DNA of 63,069 bases, counting the filler, from Folioceros fuciformis (taxonomy: Eukaryota): NCBI GenBank assembly GCA_049999805.1. It is 5 parts of 4 records of this genome, joined end to end, with 100 filler letters (N's around TTAATTAATTAA, not from the genome) between each part and the next. Parts side by side here need not be neighbours in the genome. Positions count along the whole stretch, not along the records: positions 1 to 8,573 come from JBNGIO010004611.1; positions 8,674 to 39,329 come from JBNGIO010004612.1; 3 more parts are not named here. The stretch is one strand, 5' to 3'. Shown here one piece after another: positions 1-13,012 of this stretch. The notes under the pieces were generated by a model. It saw nothing but the letters and a program-made list of their open reading frames with translations. It had not been told where the DNA came from and did no database searches. Within the stretch, counting starts at the first letter, position 1. Each line of letters begins with the position of its first letter. Made by a program: the position numbers and the translations under genes.

Positions 1-184
1 CGTCGGAAGATCGGGGCCGGGCAGTTGGTGAAGACGGCATTGGTTGGATGTTGTCCCGGCGGTGTTGCTCATTGATCTCTGGAATTTGATACTAAGGTAC
101 GGGCTTCTGCTGTGAGGGCTACAGGTGAGGGGTTTTGGTGCTAACTCTCCCGCCTTCTCGCAGGGTGGCGAGACTGAACTCAGC

Positions 185-3100
185 ATGAAGATATCCGCTC
201 AGGCTATACGAGCTCTGAGGCAGGCCAATTTGGCCCCCGAGAGACCTGGCAACTTGAGGTCTCTCGACTCCAGCATCAAGAGGAACACGGCGGTCATTAA
301 AAAGTTGAAGCAGATAACTGAGGAGCAGCGTGAAGGGTTGTTGGAGGACCTACGCAGTTTGAATATGAGCAAATTTGTGAGCGAAGCAGTCTCAGCTATA
401 TGTGACTCCAAGTTGAAGAGTTCGGACATTGATGCTGCCGTTCAGGTGATTTCGAATGGCTAGTGACCGCGTGTTCCGCAACCATGTGTCTCTACGGGAT
501 GACAAGCTACATGTCCGCTGCTCACTGCAGGTCTGTTCTCTTTTGCATCAACGCTACAAGGATTTTGCGCCGAATCTCATCCAAGGCCTTGTGAAGACCT
601 TTTTTCCTGTCAAAGGCGTTGACGACGTGGACGGTGATCGAAGTTCACGTGCCATGAAAAAGAGGAGCACACTGAGGTTAATGATGGAGCTGTATTACTG
701 TGGTGTGTTAGAAGATGCAGGGCACTTTGTCACCATCATCAAGGATCTTACTGCCACAGACTGTTTAAAGGACAGGGAGACTACTCAGACCAACTTGTCG
801 CTGCTTGTCAGTTTTGCACGGCAAGGAAGGGTTTTCCTTGGGCTTCCGTTTACTCCACAAGATGGAGATGAAGAGGTACGCATCAAAAACCGGGAGACTC
901 TACACTTTCAGTATAGCCAGTCGCTCCAAGCAGTCGATCTAATGAACGCTGAATTTTCGTACCTTGAATTGCACAGCTGTTCAGAGAGCTGAGTGTTACT
1001 GTGGATCAGAAAAGGGCACTCCGGAAAATGATTCAGACGTTTTTTGACGCCGTAGTTGATATCCTGCAATCCGAGCATTCAGTACGTTCTAACTTCGTCC
1101 ACCTGTATTCCTGAATTGGATTCCGGTTGTTAGGTTTCAGCTGGGTTGTGAGTAATATTGTCCCATGTGGTGTATAGGCTCTACGTCAGCTCGAATATGA
1201 GAATGCCCGGATGCTTAATGCGAGAGGAGAATTGACTGAGGAAAATGGAGCAGCGTATGAGAAATTGCGGAAGTCGTATGAGACACTCCTTCGCAATGTA
1301 TCATCGTATGTTTGTGTCACGTTGTCAGCAGTCTTGTGATGCACACTTTCATGCACTCTGTCTGGTCCACTCGGGTTATAAAGCAGAAGTCTGTTGCTCC
1401 ACCTTCTCTTATTGTTATGTCTTGACCTGACTGGTTATAGGCTGGCAGAAGCTATGGACACACAACCTCCTGTCATGCCAGAAGATGGACACACAACAAG
1501 GGTTACCAGCGCAGATGATGGCACAATTTCTTTGGCTGGAAAGGATTTGGTGGTGCATGAGCCAATCTGGGATGATGAAGACACAAAGTCATTCTATGAA
1601 TCTCTACCTGATCTCCGGTGCATGGGATACCTGCAAATTTAATCATGTTTGTAGCCTGTTTCTGTGCCTGGTCAGATCTTGGGCTTATGGTCTAACATTA
1701 TGGTTGTACTTTTAGAGCATTTGTGCCCGCTGTGCTCCTGGGTGAGGCAGAGCCGAAGTCGGAGCATGCCGGATCACAGTCAACATCAAAAGGATTTGAA
1801 CAACCTGTACGAAAACTGATAATTTGACAGCTTATAGCAGTTTAGAGGATGCGGGCAGTCGACTAACCATCTTGCTCTTCGGCACAGGATGCTCGAGATG
1901 AGATGGAGCAGGCCCTTGCTTTGCCTGAAGCTCGAGAGCTTGCACCTGAAAGTGATCAGGTACCGGCAGACAATGCTCCTGACGACCTTTCTCCATCAAG
2001 TTCTGACAAGATGAAGCAAAAGGAAGAGAAAGAAAAGGACCGGGCAAAGGAACCAGATAAGAAAGAAGCTGATAAGAAGATGGATAAGGAAAGTGAGAAA
2101 GATAAGGTCAAGGGAGCAGAGGGTGCAAGTCTAGAGAGCCTACTCCAACGTCTTCCAGGCTGTGTGAGCCGAGACTTGATCGATCAGTTGACAGTAATGC
2201 TCTTTCTTCAACTGTTATGTTCTTCAGTTCTGGAAGGTCGTTGAACAGTCAGTGACGTTTTATCAGTTACCGATGTCTGCAGCCAGAAGATGCTAATACC
2301 TTTGGGTACCGTTTGTTGATCCCCTAGGTCGACTTTTGCTACCTGAACTCAAAAAGCAATCGCAAGAAACTCATACGAACACTGTTCAATGTACCACGAA
2401 CTTCTCTTGAGTTGCTGCCATATTATTCTAGGATGGTTGCCACGCTTGCAACGTGTATGAAGGATGTTGCACCATTGATATTGCAATTGCTCGAAGAGGA
2501 GTTTTGTTTCTTGATGAATAAAAAGGTTTGTGCAGCACACTGACAGGCTCAGTTCAGAAATGCACATAATAGTGTTCTACTCCCCTCAGGTCTGAATTCT
2601 CTAAGAGCTTTCTGTATGCAGGACCAAATGAACATTGAGACCAAAATTCGAAACATCAGGTTTCTTGGAGAGTTAGCAAAGTTCAGGGTAGCTCCGTCCA
2701 CCTGATATTCAGCTGCTTAAAGGTTTGACGCGATTCTCCTCATGTTTTTAACTTTCTGGAGTTCCACTCCAAAAGGGTTGTTTTCAGGTGTAATATGTGG
2801 GGCATGTCAAATTTTTCATTGTAAGCAATGTTGTTGTTCTTGGTTCACTTTCAATTGCCGTCATCTTAATCAACTGAGTTCAGTTTTTATTTTTCCCCTG
2901 CAGTCCTGCCTTGATGATTTTAGTCATCATAGTATCGATGTGGCTTGCAACCTGCTAGAGACTTGTGGACGCTACCTGTATCGCTCCCCAGACACCTCTC
3001 TGCGGATGGGGAACATGCTGGAGATTATTATGCGTCTCAAAAATGTGAAGAACCTGGATGCTCGGCACAGTACTCTCGTGGAAAATGCGTACTATCAGTG

Positions 3101-5186
3101 CAAGCCTCCTGAAAGATCAGCAAGGGTGTCAAAAGTTCGTCCGCCTCTGCATCAGGTATTTGGATATTGTGTTTGGCTTCTCTTCTTTCAAAAGGTTCAC
3201 AAACGTTAAGATTTTAGATTGTTTGGTTTCTGAGCATGACACACAATGTGTTTTGTCGTACTTGATACTATTCAGTACATAAGGAAGCTTCTCTTTTCGG
3301 AACTGGACAAATCCTCCATAGTGCGTGTTTTGCGACAACTGCGCAAGCTCCCTTGGAATGAGTGTCAACCATACCTTTTGAAATGTTTTATGAAGGTCCA
3401 CAAGGGCAAATACAGCCACGTCCACTTAATTGCATCTCTAACTGCGGGCTTGATCCGCTATCACGAAGCATTCGCAATTGCAGTGGTTGATGAGGTATGT
3501 GCATAGCCGATCAACAAGCCCACAGCAAAAGAGAGTGATATGGTTTGTGGTTGTTTTTACTGCTGTTGCTTGATACCAGTCCGAATGGTTACTGCGTGGT
3601 TCAGGTTTTGGAGGAGATCCGAGTGGGTTTGGAGATGAATGAATATGGAATGCAGCAACGCCGCATTGCTTACATGCAATTTTTGGGAGAGTTGTACAGC
3701 TACCGCCTCGTCGATTCACACGTCATTTTTGATACTTTGTATTTAATTATTCACTTTGGATATGGCACGCCTGAGGTACATTGGAGGTGGCTTTGGACAG
3801 CCTTGTGTATGCATCATAGCAACATCTAGCAAATACAACATTCATGTTTTCACCTCTCTTCAAGGTTTGAGAATACTTGTTGAGTCCGACTGTTGCCTTT
3901 GTAACTTCTGAGTTTACTTCTCTGCAGCAAGATGTTTTAGATCCGCCGGAGGATTGCTTTCGACTCCGAATGATCATCACTCTTCTGGAAACATGTGGTC
4001 AATTCTTTGATCGGGGCACTTCAAAGCGAAGGCTGGATCGTTATTTGCTTTACTTCCAAAGATATGTTTTGAGTAAAGGTGTCATCCCATTGGACATAGA
4101 ATTCGACTTGCAGGTTCGTCATGACATCATACAAACAGCTTCCTTTTCATTTTTTTTGCTGGGAATATTGTTTGTGAAGAAGTTATGTTGCTTGTACAGG
4201 ATCTTTTTGCCGAGTTGCGTCCAAAAATGGTACGTTACACAACATTTGAGGAGGCTAGTCAAGCCTTGCTGGATCTGGATGATCAGGAACAAAGTAAAGC
4301 TTCAGAAATGGTGGGAGGTGGGAAACATGCGGGGCCTGACGATCAATTGTCAATTACGGAATTATCCAACGGTGCTATGAACGCCATGGTAGAGCATCCA
4401 GTGATACAGAATGGACGTGAAGAAAATGGGGTTGGTAATTTGGATGAGGGAGACAGCGATTCGGAAACTGAGAGTGGAAGTATGGAGTTAGACGGGCAGG
4501 AGGAAGAGGAAGAACTTGAGGAGGACAAGTATGTTGATCAAGGGGAAGACGCGGATGAGGAAGAGGAGGAGGAGAATGGTGCAGATGCTGATGGATCTGA
4601 GGAAGATGATCATGTGACGGTAAAGCAGAAAAAGGTGATTGAAGCTGATCCTGTTGAAGAAGCCGAATTTGAAAGAGATTTCCGAGCTCTCATGCAAGAG
4701 TCTCTGGAGTCTCGGAAGCTGGAGTTGCGAGCGCGCCCCACTTTGAATATGATGATCCCCATGAATTTGTTTGAGGGCAGCAAGGATCACAGTCGTATTT
4801 CGGAGGCAGAAAGTGGTGATGAGGTGACAGATGATGGAGGAGAGGGCAACAATGTATCTTTTCGTGTGCTCGTGAAAAGGGGCAACAAGCAGCAAACCAA
4901 GCACCTGCACATACCCCGTGACTGCTCTCTGGTCCTGAGTACCAAGCAAAAAGAAGCTGCTGAGCTCGAGGAGAAACAGGACATCAAGCGTCTGGTTCTT
5001 GAGTACAACGAGAGGGAAGAGGAAGATAGAGCAGGAGCAGCACCACAACCGATGAATTGGTCGCTTCCCTCTGCTGCGAGTGCTGTTGGCCGTGGTTCTG
5101 GTGTACGTGCTGTATGGGACAGCGGCAGTCGACTAGGTCCTCGGCAAAGACGACCTGTGGCAGCTGGATACGGACGCAGGCGGTGA
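185..5186 (+). CDS. UPF2: Regulator of nonsense transcripts UPF2 (MIF4G repeats, acidic region, UPF1-binding C-terminus); multi-exon, apparent 1-nt frameshift at ~2700
   Basis: Exon peptides LDSSIKRNTAVIKKLKQI, CSLLHQRY, IWDDEDTKSFYESLPDLR, DQMNIETKIRNIRF, ACNLLETCGRYLYRSP, LDPPEDCFRLRMIITLLETCGQFF and EKQDIKRLVLEYNERE match plant UPF2. GT-AG introns join them (e.g. 446-530, 876-976, 1082-1177, 1306-1440). The ATG at 185 is assumed as start; the true start may lie upstream. Confidence 0.95.
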
Positions 5187-5716
5187 TTTGAAGCAGGAGT
5201 TTGATGCAGCCTAACGGCGTTTCTCCAGAACAACCTATGACGTTGTGGTGATTGAGGCATTCCTTTCATGCTGTTGTGGTCTCAAAAGTCATGATGCGTG
5301 TACAGCGAAGGAGATGAAAGTTGGTACAAATGAGTGTGTATCTGCTGGCCATGTGAAGCGTATGCACCCAAAGGAAGCAGCAGATTGACAAGAGATGCGA
5401 GTAATATTGCCGAATGAGGAGTTGGGGGCGCTGCTTGTGAAAGCTGTTGTTTTCACCTTCTGAGCTGGTAAGACAGATGAGTAGCCAGAGTCTGGATTTT
5501 TTTGCTTATGTCGTTGGCTTGAGGAGAGTTGGGTTGTTGACGAATCATAAATTTGTTGCAGAGGCCCTCTCGAGATGATGAGGTGCGTTTTGTAATGCGG
5601 GTGTGTAACTCAGGGTGAGGTTGAATTCAGCATTTGTCAAGCGATATCGGAGGATGTTCCAGCAATGCAGCGCACCAGCCCATTGGTAATAACTTGCACA
5701 GTAGACGTCCCTGACG

Positions 5717-6036
5717 ATTCAAATTCAAGTCGGTCTGGGTCGTTATGCGATAGGTCTGTTAGCCTCCTGGTGCTTCTGTTTGAACTAGCCTTAGTGCTTC
5801 CGGAGAAGGTAGATTTCATCAGCAAGGTAGTAGGCTGTTTTCTGGCTTTTGCGTAGTTTTGCGACGGTAGAGATCCCTAACAATTCAAATTTAACTCGGT
5901 TAGGGTCGTTATGCAAAGGGGCTGTTATAAAGCCTCGTGGTGCTTCTGTTTGACTAGCCCTTAGTGCTTATGGAGACGGTAGCTTCCATCCGCAAGTTAG
6001 TAGGCTTTTTTCTGGCTTTTGCGTAATTGTGCGACG
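5717..6036. repeat. Diverged tandem duplication, ~166-bp period, 2 copies
   Basis: ATTCAAATT...GGGTCGTTATGC...GGTGCTTCTGTTTGA...TTCTGGCTTTTGCGTA...TGCGACGG occurs at 5717-5867 and again at 5883-6036. Confidence 0.9.
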
Positions 6037-6368
6037 GACGAATGGTGGGGTCTCCGGAGTATATATTATCCTCAAAACTTTTCACAGCTACCTAAGTACG
6101 TTCACATAACCAAATTACTTCATGGTATTGGTCGCGCGGATATTTCCGGCTTCAACTGACAGCTTAGACGCCGATTGACTCCCTCCGGTGAACTCGAGTC
6201 CTGATGCGCGAGACGCTAAGAGGAGTTTTGGCCAATCCTAAATAATGTGTTTCCGATTGTGCTAGCGTTGGGGCACGCAACCACCCTTGGCAACACGCAA
6301 TAGTGGGTTTACATTTCAATTGAGAAAGCTCGATCGTTTGTAAACGAGCATGCTAACGACCTTAGCAT

Positions 6369-7270
6369 GCCACGCTAGAAGGATATTTCATGTTCCAAGT
6401 TTGCTAAAAGGACATGCCATGTTCCAAGTTTACTAGAAGGATATGCCATGTTCCAAGTTTGCTACACTAGACCTATGCTACTAGCAAGAAGCAGAATGGT
6501 CACTGCGAAGAGTTCAGCTTTTTCTTACATGAACATAGATTTATTTTCTTAATTACTTAATTCAATGGATTTCAAGAACAAAGTGGTTCTCAACTTTGGT
6601 TGGAATACAAATGTATTGAGTTTTTGTAGAACATGCTTAAAATCCTTCAACGTACACAAGTCTATCACTCGTTTGTCCCAAGACCACTCTTGCTCTTAGA
6701 TAACAACTTGATGCTTTAGATCTATGTGCCATGGTAGAAGGATATGGGTATAGTGTATAATTGTAGTCGGGCCTAAGACGTTTAAACATCTAAAGATGCA
6801 AAAACATGCGTAAAGTCGTCACTACTTGTTCAAGGTTTAGATGTTGACATATGTAAAGTTGTAACTACTTGCTCAAGGTTTAGATGTTGACTGTCGTAGG
6901 TGGACGATAGACATAGTTGGGGAATGTGACCATCGTAGGTGGACAATAGACATAGTTGGGGTATTTGACCACTATGTCCAGGGTAGCGATTCCGGAAAAC
7001 CTTACAACAACCATAGGATTGATGTGGCCACCATAATTGTGACTACCGTAGAATTGATGTGGCCACCATAATTGTGAGGACCATAGGATTGATGTGGCCA
7101 TCATATGTGAGCGGGATCTAGTGAGATTATATACTGGTCGCCCACAACATGTCTATGTAGGGAAGTGTAAGGCTAGGACCATAGGATTGATGTGGCCATT
7201 ATATGTGAGCGGGATGTAGTGAGATTATATACTGGTCGCCCACAACATGTCTATGTAGGGAAGTGTAAGT
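6369..7270. repeat. Cluster of short tandem duplications (~29, ~43, ~35 and ~99 bp units), probably TE-derived
   Basis: CATGTTCCAAGTTT x3 (6388-6460); TCGTAGGTGGAC.ATAGACATAGTTGGG x2; CCATAGGATTGATGTGGCCA-like x4; 7078-7170 is repeated at 7177-7270. Confidence 0.85.
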
Positions 7271-7479
7271 CCTACGTAAGGAAGTGCAAGGTCTCCACAC
7301 TATTGAGAGCTTAGTTTGGTTTTGTTAAGTAAGTATGAGAAGTGCGCTAGAGTATCTAGTAAGACCTCAATTATGTGTTAGGGTTTCACTTAAAATGCAC
7401 AACAAGGATCATGAGTTATACACTGCACTAGAAGTCATAATTTGAGCACAATGATATACATATTTTTTTCCATTGGAGA

Positions 7480-7785
7480 AAAAAATTAGATAAAATTTAA
7501 GAATAGAAATGGTATAAAAATAATTAGATGAAAGTTCAGAATGGAAATGGTATAAAAATAATTAGATGAAAGTTAAGAGTAGAAATGATACAAAAAACAA
7601 TTAGATGAAAGTTAAGAGTAGAAATGGTATAAAAACAATTCGATGAAAGTTCAGAGTAGAAATGGTATAAAAACAATTAGATGAAAGTTAAGAGTAGAAA
7701 TGGTATAAAAAAATTAGATAAAAATTAAGAGTAGAAATGATATAAAAATAATTAGATGAAAGTTAAGAGTAGAAATGGTATAAAT
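7480..7785. repeat. AT-rich minisatellite, ~38-bp unit x8
   Basis: Unit ATTAGATGAAAGTTAAGAGTAGAAATGGTATAAAAA(T/C)A starts at ~7485, 7523, 7561, 7600, 7638, 7676, 7713 and 7751. Confidence 0.95.
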
Positions 7786-8159
7786 AAATAAAATGCACAA
7801 AAAAAATTGTAGAGGTGATGCTATGGTTAAGAAGAAAAAAAAAAAGGGGGGTAAAAAAGGTTAGAGCTAATAAAAAGTAGTGTGTATGGAAGTATGGAGT
7901 TAGCAATCACCATTACTTTGAGAAAATGAGTAGTGTTTATGGTTTGCAATATTAGTGGTTGTATTTAAGGGCTAGAGCACGGGCTTCAAGACACTCATTC
8001 CTTTAGAAAAGCCTTGTGTGGAGAGGGCTATGAAAAGCAAGGTTGTAAAGAGTCAAGAATAATAGGTAGTTGAGTGTAGGTCTCCTCCTACGTAGGGGAG
8101 GAACTAAGGGTGGATGTTCTCCTAATCAAGGTAGTCCACTAGAAACAATTCTCTTATTA

Positions 8160-8282
8160 TTTAGGGCTAGAGGGTAGACTCTTGTTACTTAGGCATAGAG
8201 GGTAGACTCTTAGTATTTAGGGATAGAGGGTAGACTCTTGTGTACGAAAGTGATAGGTATACACTCCAACGATAGACTCTTA
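8160..8282. repeat. Short tandem repeat with core TAGAGGGTAGACTCTT, x3-4
   Basis: Core visible at ~8168, 8196 and 8224, with a partial copy near 8273. Confidence 0.75.
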
Positions 8283-8447
8283 AGGCACAGGAGTGAACAA
8301 GATAGGCCTTTGGAATGGACTCTTGTGTACAAGACTCAATTTGCATTGCAATATGGGGACTTGTGATTGTAAGTGACAACAGAGTTGTGGGCAATGGATT
8401 CCTAGCTGTAGCGCTGAGCCCCTCGGTTCCTTGATCTCTTTCTTGCT

Positions 8448-8573
8448 TGTTTCAAAGTAGTCGAGCTTATCGTGCTTCTCTTCGTTTCAAAGTCGTCGAG
8501 CTCATCGTGCTTCTCTTCGTTTCAAAGTCGTCGAGCTCATCGTGCTTCTCTTCGTTTCAAAGTCGTCGAGCTC
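8448..8573. repeat. 35-bp tandem repeat running into a gap
   Basis: TCGTGCTTCTCTTCGTTTCAAAGTCGTCGAGCTCA at ~8470, 8505 and 8540; near-identical copies truncated by Ns. Confidence 0.95.
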
Positions 8574-8673
8574 NNNNNNNNNNNNNNNNNNNNNNNNNNN
8601 NNNNNNNNNNNNNNNNNTTAATTAATTAANNNNNNNNNNNNNNNNNNNNNNNNNNNNNNNNNNNNNNNNNNNN
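8574..8673. other. Assembly gap with artificial six-frame-stop linker; same structure at 39330-39429, 50405-50504 and 56685-56784
   Basis: 100-nt N blocks with an identical central TTAATTAATTAA at 8618-8629, 39374-39385, 50449-50460 and 56729-56740. Plain N gaps also occur at 34301-34400, 51399-51408 and 51920-51929. Confidence 0.97.
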
Positions 8674-9759
8674 AGGGCCGGTGTCGCCCCTCGGCCAGGC
8701 CCGGCAGACGTGCAATAAGCAGTACGGTTTTTGCGGCTTGTCGCTGGTGCATGCGTGGTTCGAGGTGAAGTTCTTCTACGTCAAGGTGGTGGCGAGCCAC
8801 GCTGAGGGCTTCCCGGAGGCCCTGACGGTGCGCTATCTGCCGCGGACCATCGGCACAGAGCTGGAGGTGAATGGGGGCCGGATCCCACCCTCGGAGCACA
8901 CTTGCATCCACCTTCGGCGGGACCGAATGGACCTGGATTGCGCCGAGGCTGAGGTCACGTATGTGAGCACGGACAACGTGCGCACCAGCGGCTCCGTCGG
9001 GTTCCACATTCTGGATGAAGACGAGTTGCTGCTCGAGGGGTTGCTGGAGTACTCGGAGGACGTGCCCACTTCGGGCGAGCCGTCCCCGCTGCTGGAGGCG
9101 TTCGACAGCCCCAGCCCCCGGAGCCCGTCCAAGAGCGTGCGGTTGGGGTGGAACATGGACCTGGCCTGCGCGCTGGGGCCTGCCGGCTGCAGCTTTGCCA
9201 GAAGTAAACAGGACTACTCCACCTCGGCGGTCACTCTGGCCCCGCCTACCATGGAGATCTGCGTGGTGGGCAGGTATCTCGGGTCCCCTCTCGTCCTCAC
9301 GCACACTGTCAGCCTCACCACCCGGCGCAGGAACAGCATCCGGCGTGGAACCCTAGATGCCATCCCGGAAGGGGAGGTTCTGGAGAGGAACAGCTGCAGC
9401 TTGATCCTGGCCGACCAAGGGGCCCAGGTATGTATGTGGGTCGTTTTTCCTTTCTGGCCTTCTGGTGCTTGCTTCTTGAAGGGGTTGCATGCTCATCCTG
9501 CTGGTGAACATCTTGTTTACAGGGGAGAGAGAGCAGGGGTGCTGTGGAGTACGACGAAGACAAAGTGGCGGGGACCATGAACTACTACTCCGTGGATGGT
9601 TTTGACACAGAGGATGGCCACCTGTCGTGGTTCAATACAGGAGTCCGAGTTGGTGTGGGAATTGGCTTAGGAATGTGCATAGGCATTAGCTTGGGCGTGG
9701 GTCTCATCATTCGCTCTTACCAGGCAACAACCAGAACATTCAGGAGAAGATTTTTATAG
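8674..9759 (+). CDS. Plant At1g01500-like protein (so-called erythronate-4-phosphate dehydrogenase family) with C-terminal Gly-rich TM segment; 5' end lost in gap
   Basis: WFEVKFFYVKV, LRRDRMD, TYVSTDNVR, TLDAIPE and EDGHLSWFNTGVRVGVGIGLGMCIGISLGVGLIIRSYQATTRTFRRRFL. Intron 9428-9522 keeps the frame. Confidence 0.88.
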
Positions 9760-10852
9760 CTTCTCCCGTCTCTTGCCATTTTTCTAACTGATCACCACAA
9801 GACAGGTGTATAGGCCTGTAAGTACCTGATGGAGCCTGAAACTGTTCTGACATTACACATGACCTGCTTCCCACTTACAGAACTTGTAAGATTGTTATAT
9901 TTACCCTGTTTACTACTAGAATGACCTGCCGCCTATAAGGCTCAAGACCTGTCCTCCCTTGTGCTTCCCTGCCTGTGCAAACAAGATATGTCCTCTCAAC
10001 GTTCCTGCATATGCCCTTTGCACAAGCTGCCAATCTCTAGTAAGCGGCTGCTAGTTGCTGTAACTTGTGAACGTGGGGCAGCCCAAAGTTCTCGGCACTT
10101 GAGAAGAATCTGCGAGGCGGCCAACGCTGCAGAATGTGCAAATTTTTGAGATCTTAAAATTTTGGTGAAGAGTTGTAGCCCTCCTCGTTTTGGTAGGTCA
10201 CTGCGTTGCATCACGACGTTTGTGCGTTCAACTTGTGCAGCGACCCGCACAGGTGGGTCAAACTGGTGTTTGAAACGGTCCTTTCCAGGAGATGACCTGA
10301 ACCGAGGATACGGAGCCTATAGAGCAAATTCCTACTGGAGAGCCAAAGTTTTCAACAGTGGTGTAGAAAATGGCATGACATTCTGCAGCGAAATCGCAAA
10401 TGGATGAGGACACTGGATAAGCCCCGCAGCCAATAGTCATTGTCAGAAAGACAGTCAACTTCGAGCACTACGTCATGGAGTCAAGGGACGTGCAGCATGA
10501 AGCCACACATGAGAAGATCGTTCAGTACCAGAAACGTACGCTGAACGTCATCTATTTACATATGGTAACATGTACCACGGAACATGCTCAGAAGCTACGA
10601 CACACATCTCACACTACTATTGCATCACAAAATCTGACCCGAGCGCAGGTACCTACGAAGAGTACAAAGATTTCTGGACACACTACGAGAGCATACAATG
10701 TGTCATGGTGACTGCAAGCACCGGACACATTCGTGACATTTGCGAAAGCTGGACGAGCGCCGAAGGGCATTTGGCGCTCGAAGCAGAAGTCAGTCTACGG
10801 TCCGTCCAGTCCAGTATGCAAGATGAGAAGACCAGTAGACAGCAACAACCAA

Positions 10853-13012
10853 CTACCCCACAGCCTCAATGTAGCCCTCCGTAGAGGAGACATCCACGTA
10901 GCTGTTAGTTGCTTCATCGAATTTGAGCCTGCAAAAGTTTACCATCAACCGTGTTCAAGCCACTCAATGTTACAAGGAGCAAGAGATATCTCGAATGCAA
11001 ATGAGACGTGGCATAGCAGTAAAGGGAGTAGAAAAGAACAACTAACCAGTTCCCAGACACTGCGTTGCAGAAAAGACCCGAAACCGCATCATAATAATAA
11101 CCCAGCTCACCATTGTAATAGTAGCTGCAGACCACGTCGGAGGACCACAAAGGAGACAACAGTCATTCGGGTGTTACAACTTTTGAGATGGGCAGGAAGG
11201 ACATCTCTCCAGCAACAAGAACTCTGATCAAACAAGCCGCTGAATCACTATGCTGCACCGTGGATCAGCTTGCTCAGCAGCAAAGTACTCACCCTGAAGA
11301 CTCATCCAACACATAGCCCGTACTCGCTGCCAGAGCGTCAGCTGCAGGAGAAGGCACGTCAGCAACTAACACTTGATGACATATACCTTATAAAGCTGCA
11401 ACCTTCATGCAATCACGAGCTTTCCATCACTTTGTGCAGAGGAGAGTAAGAGGATCCTAGATTCACCAGCAGCAGCTCCCATTTGACTTGTGTCACTCGC
11501 CTCTGCAGACACAGATGTCCCAGACTCTTGTGCCCTGATGTCTACAGACGCAGTCTCATTTAGTCCGTCCTCGCTACCAAACATATCAAAACTGTCGCCA
11601 GCTTCTGCAGCGCTCACAACCGCTGTACTGCTGCTCTCGGCACCAGAAGCTCCTGTCGAAAAGCCATATCTCTTCGAAAAACTTCAGCTCGCTATGATCC
11701 CCAGCACAGAAAAAATTTGCAAGCTCATCCCAAAGTCAAATAGTAAAACTCACCAGCACCAAGCAGAAACGTTTCTCGTGTCTGACTGTAGACGTCTGCC
11801 AAGCAATCAAACCATCCTGAGCACCAATAATTATCTCTTGCAACTAAGCATGAAGCTGTCATGGTAGACGTTATGTGCTCACCCATATCACCGTCGTCCA
11901 TCAATCTCATGGCATCTTCAGTGAGGCCGTCAAACACAACCTTGGTGGCGGCTGGCATACGCCCGTTGCGCTGCCCATCTTTAGAGGACCCCTTCAGCCT
12001 TCTCAAGGCACGGAGAACCTTGTTTGTAAAGAAAAAAATCGCACATCAGCAGTTTCGTCTCCGTGAATATTTAACCAACCGGAAAAACAAGAAGAGCTAC
12101 GAAGTGCAGATGGCCACTCACTATGACCATCATTTTATGAAATGCTGGACAAGAAGATGTGCACCGTTTCTCCTGGCTGGAGGACATCTGCGATTCGGCG
12201 CTTGATTTCCCTAATCTCCTTCAGCGACAATTCTCTGACAACAACCTCCTCTTCCTCTGCCTGAGTACTATTGGTCCTCACAGCAGTAGTTCCCTCGACA
12301 CTGTCAAGCCATGCATCCTGCCAGCAGCTAAACTCCAGTAATAAGGACATAGCTTCAGTCAGAACCAAAACCCGCGGCACAATGTTCGAGAAATCCCCAC
12401 CTTCAGATCATTGTCGACCCGGTACTCGACATAATTACCCTCCGCATCGAAGTAGCCCTCCTCCCGCTCTTGCTTTAGGTTAAACGGTTCAATCTTGACG
12501 CCGTCATCCTCCTCGTCCTCTACTGCCTGCTGAGAAATTTCACGTCAAACACCACACCCAGGCCACCATACCAGCACTTTCTGATGCCTGAATTCCGACG
12601 AGGCAAACGAAGTCACCTCATAATCCTCTTCTGCGCCCGCCAAGTCCTCGGCATCATCCTCCGCGTTCCGCAGCTGCTCCGCCATAAGAGTGCGTTTCAT
12701 AGCGCGCTCCTTGGCAGCAGCCCTAGGGTTGGTAGGCAGCATTGATCCATCCTCTTCACCGTCTACATTCCCAAGCCTCCTGTCAGAGGCTTGCCCTGGA
12801 GCACCTTTCTTTCCTTTCGGAAACCGTGGCTTCTTCTGCCTGCAGGTAGAAGGTTCACCGCAGCTCAACCCGATGAATTAACCACTCACAATACCATACC
12901 CGTACAGACGGCAGATTTTGAGCTCTTCGTACCTTGGAGCTCCATCGTCGTTGTCAGAAACAGACTGCGAGAAGCGCACCCGCTTGCGTGTGGGGGGTGG
13001 CAACACGTCCAT
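10853..13012 (-). CDS. CD2BP2/Lin1/U5-52K-like splicing factor with C-terminal OCRE-like aromatic repeats; multi-exon
   Basis: Spliced peptides MDVLPPPTRKRVRF, DDGVKIEPFNLKQEREEGYFDAEGNYVEY, DAWLDSV, LQPGETV, LRRLKG, FDGLTEDAMRLMDDG and YYYNGELGYYYDAVSGLFCNAVSGNWLKFDEATNSY. Stop TAG at 10853-10855. Confidence 0.85.

Noticed and set aside
7480..7785. CRISPR-like periodicity (also 8448-8573, 48930-49390 and 51110-51570)
   Set aside because: Head-to-tail repeats with no unique spacers, no cas genes, and a eukaryotic context.
8618..8629. TTAATTAATTAA repeated four times across the window
   Set aside because: Always centred in 100-nt N blocks; an artificial scaffold linker.
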